Below are positions 39,071 to 49,760 of a stretch of DNA of 64,000 nt, piece by piece. The stretch is from Rikenellaceae bacterium (GTDB lineage Bacteria; Bacteroidota; Bacteroidia; Bacteroidales; Rikenellaceae), in contig JAJQEF010000016.1 in the NCBI GenBank assembly GCA_021201795.1, forward strand, positions 20,531-84,530, in the 5' to 3' direction. Under the pieces are notes generated by a model. That model was not told the origin of the DNA, did no database searches, and worked only from the letters and a program-made list of their open reading frames with translations. Position 1 is the first letter of the stretch; each line of letters begins with the position of its first letter. The position numbers and the translations under genes were made by a program.

Positions 39071-39952
39071 TTATGATGTTTTAACTTTATTTCCGAAATA
39101 ACGCCTTAAACCGTTGGCGATGAGGTTGATTATTAATACTATTCCTATAAGGACGAGAGCTGTTCCGTAAGCCATGGGGCGCGCCGCCTCGATGTCCGTA
39201 CCGCTGGTTGCGATAACGTACAGATGGTATGGAAGTGCCATTACCTGATCGAAGATGCTGGTTGGTAGTTTAGGCAGGAAGTATGCCGCACAGGTGAATA
39301 GGATAGGAGCCGTCTCGCCGGATACGCGTCCTACGGAGAGGATAAGTCCCGTGATGATATTCGGGAACGCCATCGGAAGAAGAACCTTCCAGATAGTCTG
39401 GAGCTTTGTAGCGCCTAAGGCGAGGCTACCCACGCGGAACGAATCGTGTATGGATTTCATCGCTTCCTCAGTGGTTCTTATCACTATCGGAAGTACGAGA
39501 AGTGCGAGAGTGAACGAACCTGCAATTATGGAGTCCCCGAATCCGAGGGTGTTGACGAACAGTGCCATACCGAACAGACCGAATACTATCGAAGGTACGC
39601 TGCTCAGATTGTTGGTCATGATACGGATAACTTTTACAAGACAGTTGTTACTTGCGTATTCGCTGATATAGATTCCGGACATGACCCCGATAGGAAACGC
39701 TATTATCACACTGCCCAGCATAAGGCAGAGCGTACCGACTATCGCAGGAAATATACCGCCTCCGGTCATCCCGTCCGTAGGGGCTTGGGTAAGGAAGTCC
39801 CAGCTGATTACTTTGGCTCCGTTAACGAGGATAAAACCTAGTATCCAGAACAGGATACCGACAACGGTAATGCTCAATATCCTGAACGACCAGAACGCGA
39901 TGTTCTGGGTCATCTTCTTGTTTCGTGAGATTTTACTATTATTATCGGTCAT
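39071..39952 (-). CDS. pstA: phosphate ABC transporter permease PstA
   Basis: Six-TM permease with the EAA-like loop ([22 protein letters not shown]). Operon position. Confidence 0.9.
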   Translation of the reverse strand: MTDNNSKISRNKKMTQNIAFWSFRILSITVVGILFWILGFILVNGAKVISWDFLTQAPTDGMTGGGIFPAIVGTLCLMLGSVIIAFPIGVMSGIYISEYASNNCLVKVIRIMTNNLSSVPSIVFGLFGMALFVNTLGFGDSIIAGSFTLALLVLPIVIRTTEEAMKSIHDSFRVGSLALGATKLQTIWKVLLPMAFPNIITGLILSVGRVSGETAPILFTCAAYFLPKLPTSIFDQVMALPYHLYVIATSGTDIEAARPMAYGTALVLIGIVLIINLIANGLRRYFGNKVKTS

Positions 39953-39962
39953 ACCGTTATAT

Positions 39963-41168
39963 TTATATTGTTTGTTTATGTTTTTGTTTGGCTATAAACT
40001 CCACCGATATGCTTATTATCAGCGTAAGAAGGAATAGTATGCATCCGAGCATGAACAGCGCCTGGTAATGAGCTCCGCCGCTCGGTGCTTCGCCGAGCTC
40101 CGCCGCTATGGTCGCAGGGATTGTACGGATAGGTTCTACGAGGGACTTCGGCATTACCGCCGCGTTGCCCGTTACCATAAGTACCGCCATAGTTTCACCG
40201 ATAGCACGTCCGATACCCAATACCACCGCAGCCATAATGCCTGAAACGGAGTAAGGAAGTATTACTTTACGTATCGTCTGCCAGTGTGTTGCACCCAAAG
40301 CGAGACTCGATTCCTTCATTGCACGCGGTGTAGTGCGGATAGCGTCTTCCGCAACTGTTATAATCGTAGGAAGTGCCATTATCGCCAGTATTATAGCGCC
40401 TGCGAGAGCTGTTCCTCCGACAGGGAGTCCAAACACCTTCTGGATAAGCGGTACGATAACCACCAGCCCGAAGAAACCGTAAACCACGGAAGGAATCCCT
40501 GCGAGAAGTTCGATTATAGGTTTTAGTATCTTCCTCAGCCTGCTGCCTGCAAGTTCTGCAAGATATATGGCAACAGCCATTCCGAAAGGAAGTGCGATAA
40601 GGATCGCTGCTATACTTACCCAAAGTGTTCCGAGAAATAGCGGAAGTACTCCGAATTGCGGTGATGGTTGTGCGGTAGGATACCATTTGGTACAACCGAA
40701 GAAGCTTGCAGGACTGATCTTACCGTTAGCGAGGATTTTGCCTTTGAAGTCTTCTGCGACGTAATGCTCCGGGAAATATGCTATGATGTCCGGATGAGCG
40801 GAAACTATATTGCTCAGTACTTCCGGTATGTTTTCAAAATTAGATCCAAGTTCTTCAGGTGTGGAATACTTGGTTATATCGCTGAATCTGAATACTCTTA
40901 TATCTGCGTTAACGCCGCCGACTTCATTCCAGTTGGTAATTTCCGCATCGAAAATATCCATGATCTTCTCCGGATTTATCTTGTTTACCGGATTATTGTT
41001 GTTAATGGCCAGAACGTAGCCTTCCTCCACATTGGACGAATTGAATAGTTCTGCACCCTCCCTGAATAGGAAAATAACTATGAGAATGATCGTGAAGCTC
41101 GTGATAAATCCACTTAGCATCAGGATCTTCTCCATTATTATTTCAAAAAATTTCTTTAAGTTTTTCAC
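39963..41168 (-). CDS. pstC: phosphate ABC transporter permease PstC with about 115-aa periplasmic insert
   Basis: Permease core with the EAA loop (EDAIRTTPRAMKESSLALGAT). The extra loop after TM1 contains IFDAEITNWNEVGG, resembling PstS IFTGKITNWKEVGG. GTG start at 41168. Confidence 0.88.
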   Translation of the reverse strand: MKNLKKFFEIIMEKILMLSGFITSFTIILIVIFLFREGAELFNSSNVEEGYVLAINNNNPVNKINPEKIMDIFDAEITNWNEVGGVNADIRVFRFSDITKYSTPEELGSNFENIPEVLSNIVSAHPDIIAYFPEHYVAEDFKGKILANGKISPASFFGCTKWYPTAQPSPQFGVLPLFLGTLWVSIAAILIALPFGMAVAIYLAELAGSRLRKILKPIIELLAGIPSVVYGFFGLVVIVPLIQKVFGLPVGGTALAGAIILAIMALPTIITVAEDAIRTTPRAMKESSLALGATHWQTIRKVILPYSVSGIMAAVVLGIGRAIGETMAVLMVTGNAAVMPKSLVEPIRTIPATIAAELGEAPSGGAHYQALFMLGCILFLLTLIISISVEFIAKQKHKQTI

Positions 41169-41237
41169 CTGTTGACAGTTTTAATGAAATAATCCGGACC
41201 ACACTTTATCCGCATGGTCCGGAGTGATTTTATAGAA

Positions 41238-42050
41238 TTATTTTACAGGGATGTATTCTAATTCTTTTACAGTAGCCTGTCCTTCGTCAGAGAGAATATA
41301 GTCGATGAACGGTTTAACTGTTTTTTCGTTAGGTTTTGTATAATAAAGGTAAAGGGGACGAACGATAGGATATGTTTTATTCTTAGCGTTCACTGCGTTA
41401 GGTGCTACATAGTTGGTTCCGTCGTAAGAAACGTGAACCGCTTTAACGCTCTCGTTAAGGTAGGCCAGACCCACGTATCCGATCGCTCCTTTGGTCTGGC
41501 TTACCGATTGTATTATCGCTCCCGTAGCAGGCATGCTCAGGATAGACGCCATATAATTTTTGTTCTGAAGTACACTCTCCTTGAAGAACTCGTAAGTTCC
41601 CGAACTTGTTTCACGGGAGTAAGCTACGATCTTCATGTCGTCGCCGCCCACTTCTTTCCAGTTGGTGATCTTGCCCGTGAAGATTTCTTCGAGTTGTTCC
41701 CTCGTGAGGTTGGTAACTTTGTTCGAAGGGTTGATAACCACTGCGAGTGCATCGTAAGCTATTATCTCTTCTACTACTGGTTTTCCAGATTCCTGCAACT
41801 TAAGTTTTTCATCGAATTTTATCTCACGCGAAGCCATTGCTATATCTGTTGTTCCGTCTATAAGTGAAGAGATTCCTACACTGTTTCCTCCACCTGTAAC
41901 TGTTACATTGGCAGAACTATTTTTCTTGGAGTAATTCTCCGATTCTTTCTGTATAAGAGGAAGTAATGTGTCGCTTCCTTTAAGTTTTTGTGCCTGTGCA
42001 CCGCTTGCTATTGTCAAAAGTGCTGCTAACGCGATAAGTGTCTTTTTCAT
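41238..42050 (-). CDS. pstS: phosphate-binding protein PstS
   Basis: Signal peptide. GGGNSVG, SRETSSGTYEFF and ITNWKEVGG motifs. Confidence 0.92.
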   Translation of the reverse strand: MKKTLIALAALLTIASGAQAQKLKGSDTLLPLIQKESENYSKKNSSANVTVTGGGNSVGISSLIDGTTDIAMASREIKFDEKLKLQESGKPVVEEIIAYDALAVVINPSNKVTNLTREQLEEIFTGKITNWKEVGGDDMKIVAYSRETSSGTYEFFKESVLQNKNYMASILSMPATGAIIQSVSQTKGAIGYVGLAYLNESVKAVHVSYDGTNYVAPNAVNAKNKTYPIVRPLYLYYTKPNEKTVKPFIDYILSDEGQATVKELEYIPVK

Positions 42051-42083
42051 AATCTTTTGAAATTAATTTTGTAATAAAATTTA

Positions 42084-43289
42084 TTAGAATTTATATTGGA
42101 ACCTGAGTGTGAATACGTCATCTTTTACATTTCTGCTGAATTTGGAAGAAATATCCGCTCCGCTCGACTTTTCGTTTTTCACGATATCGTAGTAAGCCAT
42201 GATCCTGATGTTATCTGTTGCACGGAACAACCATCCTAAGCCTAGTGTTACGAACGCTATGTCGCCGTCTGTAGTGTTGTTGCCTCTTTTAACTTTTGTG
42301 TTAGGGTCGTATCCGTCGAGTTTACCTACGAATGAGTGTTTTGTTGTTGCAATGTCCTGAATAAAGTACACGTAGTATCCTCTGAAGTTACGAACGTAGA
42401 TGTCTCCTGAAACCGCTCCGGTAGGACTGTCGCTTTTTGCTTTAAGGCCGGGTTGCTGTCCCCATAGATATTCCGCACGTATCTGGGATTTTCCAATCAC
42501 GCTGGTTACCGCGAACTGAAGATCGAAACCGTAATATTGTCTTTTAAGATATTGTCCCGCTTCCACGCTGTTATCCACGACGAATTTACCGTTGTCCATT
42601 TTGTAAGCCTGTGCGTTGCCATTTAGCCTTACACCGCCCTGATAAGTCGAGAAATCTGCGCCGAAAGTAATGTTATTGAATTTGTTGGTGTAACCCAGAC
42701 GTCCGATGAAATCCTTTTTCGAGTCCGTTTCCTTTGCCGCACCACCGTTACCTGTAAAAAGTCCTCCTTCGAGAGAAAATCCTTCCAATGCTGTTCCTTT
42801 AGGAGCTTTGAAAGAAAGTTTTCCTCCGAGGTCTCTTTCTTTAGGGAAGAGTGTCAGGAACACTTTGCTTCTTTCAGGTGATTCACGTGTGGAAGAAGAG
42901 TAGGAAATCTCGTAACCGAACGGTCTGTCGAATACACCTGCTGTGAAAGATGCCCATTGCAGTTTCGGAGTTTTCAGGGTAAGGTAAGCGTCTTTAATCG
43001 ATACGCCTCCTTCGGTCACGTCAATCTGTATTACTGCCTGTCCGTAATTATTCGAATATGCGGTTTTAATTCTACCTCTTCTTACGGAGAAAGTATTTTG
43101 TGTTCCGTCAGCTACGCCAGACTCGTTCCATTGCCACTGAGTCTGAACATATCCTGAAATTTTCAGGTTATTCAATGCAGAAACTTTTTTTTCCAGATCG
43201 GAAACCCTACCTTCGAGTTCTGAAGATTGGGAGAATGCTGCTCCCGTACATGCTAAAGCTAATGCTGTCGTTGCGAAAAATTTTCTCAT
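42084..43289 (-). CDS. outer-membrane porin (OprO/P-like), first gene of the pst operon
   Basis: Signal peptide MRKFFATTALALACTGAAFSQS, N-terminal coiled coil (LEGRVSDLEKKVSAL), beta-barrel pattern ending in ..RFQYKF. The ORF extends to 43319 via GTG. Confidence 0.7.
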   Translation of the reverse strand: MRKFFATTALALACTGAAFSQSSELEGRVSDLEKKVSALNNLKISGYVQTQWQWNESGVADGTQNTFSVRRGRIKTAYSNNYGQAVIQIDVTEGGVSIKDAYLTLKTPKLQWASFTAGVFDRPFGYEISYSSSTRESPERSKVFLTLFPKERDLGGKLSFKAPKGTALEGFSLEGGLFTGNGGAAKETDSKKDFIGRLGYTNKFNNITFGADFSTYQGGVRLNGNAQAYKMDNGKFVVDNSVEAGQYLKRQYYGFDLQFAVTSVIGKSQIRAEYLWGQQPGLKAKSDSPTGAVSGDIYVRNFRGYYVYFIQDIATTKHSFVGKLDGYDPNTKVKRGNNTTDGDIAFVTLGLGWLFRATDNIRIMAYYDIVKNEKSSGADISSKFSRNVKDDVFTLRFQYKF

Positions 43290-43323
43290 AAATTTTAAAT
43301 TTGGTTTAATTATTTTCACATCG

Positions 43324-43331
43324 CAAAGGTA
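43324..43331 (-). promoter_or_regulatory. -7 promoter motif TACCTTTG
   Basis: The reverse complement of caaaggta lies about 35 nt upstream of the porin ATG. Confidence 0.4.
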
Positions 43332-43414
43332 TCCGGGGTCTGTTACCGGATATTTAAGCCATTTTTAAAAAACGGTTTTGTTTGTGTTAAGTAATCGTTA
43401 ACCGTATAAAAGAA

Positions 43415-43448
43415 AAATCCGCTGAAACTTCTGTGTTCCAGCGGATTT
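43415..43448 (-). terminator. intrinsic terminator after the S41 peptidase gene
   Basis: aaatccgctg-(14 nt)-cagcggattt with a T-rich tail on the minus strand. Confidence 0.6.
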
Positions 43449-43515
43449 AATATTGAGTTAACCTTAAATGCTATGTTAAACTTATCTCCCCGTAAATAAC
43501 CTGTATATATTCTTT

Positions 43516-45267
43516 TTAGTTTTTATTTGTTCCGATTAGTTCTTTTGCCTTATCCAATGCTTCGGTTTCCGTAACATAAAAATCCGGATGGAGTATTATA
43601 TCGCTTTCATCCGTTGTATTCATCTGATAAAACTTCTTACAGGAGGAACGAAATACGATATGTGTATTCGGCAGAGTGAAATTCAATGCATTACCGAATG
43701 TAATTCCGATTTCTCCCGCTTCCTCTCCTACGATAGTACCGATTTCTGCCTGTCTGAATATCCATGCACATGTTGCTGCGGAAGAAAAAGTATAATTACT
43801 TATCAGCATGTATATATTTCCGTTGTATCTGAAAGATTCTTCTCTCGGAGCTGTTTCTTCGAAATTGAAAGTATGTAATCCGTCACTATAGAAAAAACTT
43901 TCCATATACCAATCCGGATTATTCTTTTTTAGGAATTCTTTCATATTACGACTGTATTTTACTGTCGATTTTTCCAGTATTTTATATGGGACAGGAGATA
44001 TGTATCCTATTAACTCCTCAACAAGGTCGTCGCTTCCTCCTCCGTTATATCTTATATCTATTATCAGATTTTCGATATCGTTCTTTTTCAGACTACCGAA
44101 GCTCTCATGAAGAAATTTATCAAAATTATTTTTCTCACCACCGTTGAAAGTATTTATAGTCATTATTCCGGTATTGTATACGGAGTCGATAATAAGATTG
44201 AAATTTTTACGTGATACAGTTTTTATTTTCTTTCTTGCTTCGCTCAATTCAGTAAAACTTCTACCTTTTATGTTGTACGTTTCTATTTTTCCGTCGTGAC
44301 GTACCACAATATCGTAATCTGGGCTATTCCCGTAGATTATATAATAATTGGTTCCAAAGAGTGGAGTGCCGGAAGACTCCCTGTTTAATTGGGATATTCG
44401 GAAAGATTCCAGTTCACCGCTTTTATAACCGATTAACTCTTTCCTTAATTCCGGGGCAGTGTGTCCGTTTAAGGAAAGTAATTCCGACGATTCGAGAAAA
44501 GAATATTCTTCCGTGAGATCTTTGGATATGGTAAGACTACCGTCTTTTCGGAAAAATATATCGAAAGGAAGGACTGTGGCATAAAGACTTTCGGTCGTAA
44601 AAATATTATTTGCCATAATGCCGGTATGTCCGTCGCCTAATTTTGCGATCAATGGTGTCATAATTCGATAGAAATCTATCCTGCTCATCGAATCTGTGAA
44701 AGAATTCTTCAACAAATAGAATTCTTCCATAAAATCTTTTTCGGGATAAACGGCGAACATATCCGGATGTACGTCATAAATGATGGAAACCAATGAATCG
44801 GCATCTTCACATAACTGATCTTTTGTGAAATAGAGCGGAGGCCATATGTGTTCGCTGTATATAGCCATTCCAGCGATATCTTCGTATGTAAAAAACGAAT
44901 AGTATTTCACAGGTTTGCCGGAAGTAAGCCATAGGACGGTTATGTCGATATTGTCTTCTTTTCTATCGATCTCCAGAATCCGGTATTTTTCATCCTGTTC
45001 AAGGTTTTTAATATCGTTGTAGAATTTTGTTTTTACTTCTTCAGTGCATCCTGTCAGGCTGATTAATGTAAGAATATTTAAATGATTATAATCGACTGTT
45101 AAATCTCGAGGCTGAGTAAGCCCGCTATTCTGCCAGAATTTTTGATTAATAGTATCTATCCGTGCACCCTCGTAATTTCGGTATTTTTGTAAAATATCTT
45201 CAGGAGTCAGTGCATACGAGAAAGATATAAGGAATGACAGAACAGATAGGGTTAAGAAGTTTTTCAT
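43516..45267 (-). CDS. S41-family peptidase
   Basis: Signal peptide. IDIRYNGGGSDDLV and FSSAATCAW segments typical of the S41 catalytic domain. Confidence 0.7.
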   Translation of the reverse strand: MKNFLTLSVLSFLISFSYALTPEDILQKYRNYEGARIDTINQKFWQNSGLTQPRDLTVDYNHLNILTLISLTGCTEEVKTKFYNDIKNLEQDEKYRILEIDRKEDNIDITVLWLTSGKPVKYYSFFTYEDIAGMAIYSEHIWPPLYFTKDQLCEDADSLVSIIYDVHPDMFAVYPEKDFMEEFYLLKNSFTDSMSRIDFYRIMTPLIAKLGDGHTGIMANNIFTTESLYATVLPFDIFFRKDGSLTISKDLTEEYSFLESSELLSLNGHTAPELRKELIGYKSGELESFRISQLNRESSGTPLFGTNYYIIYGNSPDYDIVVRHDGKIETYNIKGRSFTELSEARKKIKTVSRKNFNLIIDSVYNTGIMTINTFNGGEKNNFDKFLHESFGSLKKNDIENLIIDIRYNGGGSDDLVEELIGYISPVPYKILEKSTVKYSRNMKEFLKKNNPDWYMESFFYSDGLHTFNFEETAPREESFRYNGNIYMLISNYTFSSAATCAWIFRQAEIGTIVGEEAGEIGITFGNALNFTLPNTHIVFRSSCKKFYQMNTTDESDIILHPDFYVTETEALDKAKELIGTNKN

Positions 45268-45315
45268 TATATATTATTTATCTGTAAATATAAAAATACC
45301 CTGCATAATGTAACA

Positions 45316-45960
45316 TTATTTCACCCTTATCACACTCATGCCGTCGCGGATGTCGAGCATTACGTTCTCAACGCGGACGTCCTGTTGAATCTTGTCGTTG
45401 AATTCGATTATCTTTTGTGTCTGCGTGTCGTTCTTCGCGACGTCCTGAATTACTTTTTCATACCATATTACGTTATCTGCGATTATTACCGAACCGCTTC
45501 TTACCATGTTATTATCCATAAGCATGTCGTAATATTCGACATATTCCCGCTTGTTGCCGTCTATAAATACGAGGTCGAACACTATACCGAGGGTTGGCAT
45601 CACTTCGAGCGCAGGGCCTATGTGCTGGATTATGCGATCAGACATTCCGCTCTTTGCGAAAAATTCAGACGATATATCTTCCAGTTCATCGTTTATCTCT
45701 ATGGTATGGAGCTGTCCTCCGTCGCGGAGCCCCTTGGCAAGACATATTGCGGAATACCCTGTAAATGTTCCTATCTCGAGAATCCGTACAGGTGCGGTCA
45801 TTTTCGAGATCAGTTCGAGAAATTTACCCTGTACAAGCCCTGAGATCATACGTGCCTGGACTACGCGCAGGTTTGTGGCTCTGTCGAGTTCGCAAAGCAA
45901 AGAATCTTCGGCAGATGTATGTTCCGATATATATTTTTCGATGTCTGATACGTTATACAT
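45316..45960 (-). CDS. class I SAM-dependent O-methyltransferase (family 3)
   Basis: ILEIGTFTGYSA SAM-binding motif, FIDGNK. Start taken at the internal ATG (MYNVSDIEKY); the ORF extends to 46056. Confidence 0.8.
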   Translation of the reverse strand: MYNVSDIEKYISEHTSAEDSLLCELDRATNLRVVQARMISGLVQGKFLELISKMTAPVRILEIGTFTGYSAICLAKGLRDGGQLHTIEINDELEDISSEFFAKSGMSDRIIQHIGPALEVMPTLGIVFDLVFIDGNKREYVEYYDMLMDNNMVRSGSVIIADNVIWYEKVIQDVAKNDTQTQKIIEFNDKIQQDVRVENVMLDIRDGMSVIRVK

Positions 45961-46034
45961 ATTGGTTAAAATATGAAATGCGAATGTAGCAAAAAAATCA
46001 TAGTAAAAAGTTTTTAAAGCTCTTTTCTTTAGAT

Positions 46035-46042
46035 TAACTTTG
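46035..46042 (+). promoter_or_regulatory. -7 promoter motif TAACTTTG
   Basis: TAnnTTTG match 26 nt upstream of the purL ATG. Confidence 0.4.
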
Positions 46043-46067
46043 CGACTTAAATACACATTGACAGCCG

Positions 46068-49000
46068 ATGATACTTTTTTTCAGAGACAATGAAACTATT
46101 TATGCGGTGGAATCATCCTCGCGCCCGAATTCGGAAGATATTAACAAGCTCGAATGGCTATTCAGCGGAGCGAAACCGCTCGAAGACGAAAAACTCGAAG
46201 GGTTTTTCATAGGCCCGAGGCGTGAAATGATAACCCCGTGGAGCACCAATGCGGTGGAGATCACCCAGAATATGGGTATAGAAGGCATCAAACGTATCGA
46301 GGAATTCAAGGCGTATGCCGACCGCAATGCTTCTTACGATAAGATGCTCCAGCGTAAATACGAGGTTCTCGACCAGAATATATTTACCATAGATAAAAAA
46401 CCGGATACTATTATATATATAGATGACATCCGTTCTTATAATAAACAGGAGGGTCTCGCCTTAAGCGAAGAAGAAGTCGAATATCTTGAGGAAGTGAGCG
46501 AAAAAATGGGTCGGAAACTTACCGATTCGGAAGTTTTCGGATTTTCTCAGGTGAATTCGGAACACTGCCGCCACAAAATCTTCGGTGGTAAATTTGTCGT
46601 CGACGGCGACGAAAAAGAAAGTTCCCTCTTTGAACTTATTAAAAAGACTACGAAGGAGAACCCGAATCAGGTGGTATCTGCGTACAAAGATAACTGCGCG
46701 TTCCTTCAGGGGCCGGTTGTCGAGCAGTTCGCGCCTGCGTCGCATGATAAACCTGATTTCTATGAAACTAAAGATTTCGAATCGGTAATATCTATAAAAG
46801 CTGAAACACATAACTTCCCTACCACAGTGGAGCCGTTCAATGGTGCTGCCACAGGTACCGGAGGTGAGATACGCGACCGTATTGCAGGAGGAAAAGGAGC
46901 GTTCCCTGTTGCAGGAACAGCAATTTATATGACCGCTTATCCGAGACTTGAAGGCGGCCGTTCATGGGAAAAAGCAACTGAAGAAAGACCTTGGCTGTAC
47001 CAGACGCCTGAAGATATTCTTATTAAAGCATCTAACGGAGCTTCAGACTTCGGCAACAAATTCGGTCAACCGTTGATCTGCGGAAGTTTGCAGACGTTCG
47101 AACACTTCGAGAACGGTAAAAAATTCGGATTCGACAAAGTTATAATGCTAGCCGGAGGTATCGGTTACGGTAAAAAACAGGACAGCCTTAAGGACGATCC
47201 TGAAAAAGGAGATAAAGTCGTTCTTCTCGGTGGAGACAACTACCGCATCGGTATGGGCGGTGGCGCCGTATCTTCCGTTGCGACAGGAGAGTACGATAAT
47301 GCTATCGAGCTTAATGCCGTGCAGCGTTCGAATCCTGAGATGCAGAAGCGTGCGTATAACGCTATCCGTGCATTGTCGGAAGAGGATCGTAATCCGGTTA
47401 TATCTATCCATGACCACGGTGCAGGAGGACATTTGAACTGTCTGTCAGAGCTTGTCGAGACCACAGGCGGGCGTATAGACATAGATAAACTTCCTATCGG
47501 GGATCCGACCTTGTCAGCAAAAGAGATCGTGGGCAACGAATCTCAGGAACGCATGGGTCTTGTGATGAAGGAGGAAGATATCGAACATCTGAGAAAGATC
47601 GCGGAACGGGAACGTGCACCTATGTATGTCATAGGGGAAGCTACAGGCGATATGCAGTTTACGTTCGTAAATAATAAGAACGGAGAGAAGCCTATCGATT
47701 GGAAGCTCGAATATATGTTCGGCAAAGCTCCGCGCACTGTTCTGGAAGATAAAACGCTCGATGAAACATATTCTGCTCCGAAATATTCAGAAGAAAAAAT
47801 CAAAGATTATATAGAGGATCTTCTTCAGCTCGAAGGGGTGGCTTGCAAGGACTGGCTGACTAACAAAGTCGACCGTTCCGTAACCGGACGTATCGCGATG
47901 CAGCAATGCGCAGGAAGCATACAGGTTCCCCTTAACAACTGCGGTATAGTTGCGCTCGATTATCAGGGTAAATCAGGTATCGCTACCGCTCTCGGACATG
48001 CTCCGGCAGCAGCTATGGTGGATTCTGAAAAGGGATCTGTACTCGCTATTGCCGAGTCGCTTACGAATATCGTATTCGCTCCGATAGCAGGCGGTCTTCC
48101 GAGCATATCGCTCAGTGCCAACTGGATGTGGCCGTGCAGGAACGAAGGAGAGGATGCCCGTCTGTATAAAGCCGTGGAGGCTGCCAGCGACTTCGCAATA
48201 TCTTTGGGAATCAATATTTCTACCGGTAAGGACTCGCTTTCGATGACCCAGAAATATAAGAACGGGGATCTCGTTTATGCTCCGGGAACGGTCATCATCA
48301 CCTCTGCCGGCGAAGTATCCGACATCAAAAAAGCAGTATCTCCTGCGCTTAAAAATAAAAAGAGCCAGATTGTTTACGTGGATATGGCTAAGGATGGATT
48401 CAAACTCGGTGGAAGCAGTTTCGGACAGATATTGAATACTGTAGGAGGAGAAGTGCCTACTGTTACCGACAGCGAATATTTCAAAAAAGCGTTCAGTGCC
48501 GTACAGAACCTTATAAATGAAGATAAAGTTCTCGCAGGCCATGATATATCCGGAGGAGGATTATTGACTGCACTCTTAGAAATGACGTTCGCGGACAACC
48601 GTTCAGGGATCTCTGTAAATATCGACTGCCTCGAGGAAAAAGACGCAGTAAAGGTCTTGTTCAGTGAAAAACCCGCGCTTGTACTTCAGGTTGAAGACGG
48701 CAGTATTGTAGTTAACGAGCTGAAAAACGCCGGCGTGGAAGCATGCGTAATCGGAAATGTTAACCACGATAGAAAATTCGAAGTGTTGTTCGGTGGAAAA
48801 ACTTTGTCGCTCGACAGCGATTCGTTGAGGGACAAATGGTATAAAACTTCATACCTTCTAGACAGACGCCAGAGCGGAGAGCAGAAGGCTCTCGAAAGAT
48901 ACACGAATTATAAAAACCAAGAACTCGTATTTGACTTCCCGAAAAATTTTACAGGCAAACTATCGCAGTACGGAATAGATCCTAAACGTAAGGAAAAATC

Positions 49001-49760
49001 CGGTATCAAAGCTGCTATTATTCGTGAACAGGGCAACAACAGCGAACGCGAGATGGCGTGGTGTATGCACCTTGCCGGAATGGATGTTAAGGATGTTCAC
49101 ACAACCGATTTGACGACCGGACGCGAGACTTTAGAAGATGTCAATCTTATCGTATTCGTTGGCGGATTCGCAAACTCGGACGTTCTGGGTTCAGCTAAAG
49201 GATGGGCCGGTGCGTTATTATATAACCCTAAAGCTAAGGCTGCACTCGATAATTTCTTCGCACGTAAAGATACTTTATCTCTGGGAATCTGTAACGGATG
49301 CCAGTTGATGGTGGAATACGGTATTATAAATAAAGGAGATTCACAGATGCCGAAGATGCTTCACAACGACAGCCACAAGTACGAATCGAATTTTATCGGT
49401 TTGAAGATAAAAGAAAGTAATTCTGTGATGTTGTCTTCGCTTCAGAATTCCACGATAGGAATCTGGGTTTCACACGGAGAAGGTAAGTTCAGCCTGCCGA
49501 TGGGTAAGGACAATTATAACATTCCTGCCGAGTATTTATACGATGCTTATCCTGCAAATCCGAATGGCAGCGACTTCAATGCCGCAGCGATATGTTCGGC
49601 AGATGGACGCCACCTTGCGATGATGCCTCATCCGGAACGTGCGCTGCGTCCCTGGAACTGGGCATATTATCCGGAGGACAGAAGAAACGACGAAGTATCG
49701 CCATGGATAGAAATATTTGTGAATGCACGGGAATGGATAAAAGCAAACGCTGAAAAATAA
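46068..49760 (+). CDS. purL: phosphoribosylformylglycinamidine synthase (single-chain)
   Basis: 1230 aa. AIR-synthase-like repeats and a C-terminal glutaminase domain (GICNGCQLM, PHPER). Confidence 0.96.
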   Translation: MILFFRDNETIYAVESSSRPNSEDINKLEWLFSGAKPLEDEKLEGFFIGPRREMITPWSTNAVEITQNMGIEGIKRIEEFKAYADRNASYDKMLQRKYEVLDQNIFTIDKKPDTIIYIDDIRSYNKQEGLALSEEEVEYLEEVSEKMGRKLTDSEVFGFSQVNSEHCRHKIFGGKFVVDGDEKESSLFELIKKTTKENPNQVVSAYKDNCAFLQGPVVEQFAPASHDKPDFYETKDFESVISIKAETHNFPTTVEPFNGAATGTGGEIRDRIAGGKGAFPVAGTAIYMTAYPRLEGGRSWEKATEERPWLYQTPEDILIKASNGASDFGNKFGQPLICGSLQTFEHFENGKKFGFDKVIMLAGGIGYGKKQDSLKDDPEKGDKVVLLGGDNYRIGMGGGAVSSVATGEYDNAIELNAVQRSNPEMQKRAYNAIRALSEEDRNPVISIHDHGAGGHLNCLSELVETTGGRIDIDKLPIGDPTLSAKEIVGNESQERMGLVMKEEDIEHLRKIAERERAPMYVIGEATGDMQFTFVNNKNGEKPIDWKLEYMFGKAPRTVLEDKTLDETYSAPKYSEEKIKDYIEDLLQLEGVACKDWLTNKVDRSVTGRIAMQQCAGSIQVPLNNCGIVALDYQGKSGIATALGHAPAAAMVDSEKGSVLAIAESLTNIVFAPIAGGLPSISLSANWMWPCRNEGEDARLYKAVEAASDFAISLGINISTGKDSLSMTQKYKNGDLVYAPGTVIITSAGEVSDIKKAVSPALKNKKSQIVYVDMAKDGFKLGGSSFGQILNTVGGEVPTVTDSEYFKKAFSAVQNLINEDKVLAGHDISGGGLLTALLEMTFADNRSGISVNIDCLEEKDAVKVLFSEKPALVLQVEDGSIVVNELKNAGVEACVIGNVNHDRKFEVLFGGKTLSLDSDSLRDKWYKTSYLLDRRQSGEQKALERYTNYKNQELVFDFPKNFTGKLSQYGIDPKRKEKSGIKAAIIREQGNNSEREMAWCMHLAGMDVKDVHTTDLTTGRETLEDVNLIVFVGGFANSDVLGSAKGWAGALLYNPKAKAALDNFFARKDTLSLGICNGCQLMVEYGIINKGDSQMPKMLHNDSHKYESNFIGLKIKESNSVMLSSLQNSTIGIWVSHGEGKFSLPMGKDNYNIPAEYLYDAYPANPNGSDFNAAAICSADGRHLAMMPHPERALRPWNWAYYPEDRRNDEVSPWIEIFVNAREWIKANAEK

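Noticed and set aside
45961-46067. The strand switch (genes mostly minus to the left, plus to the right) as a possible replication origin.
   Set aside because: The intergenic region is only about 100 bp. I saw no DnaA-box-like TTATCCACA sequences or AT-rich unwinding element there, and no dnaA or dnaN nearby. It is simply a divergent promoter region.
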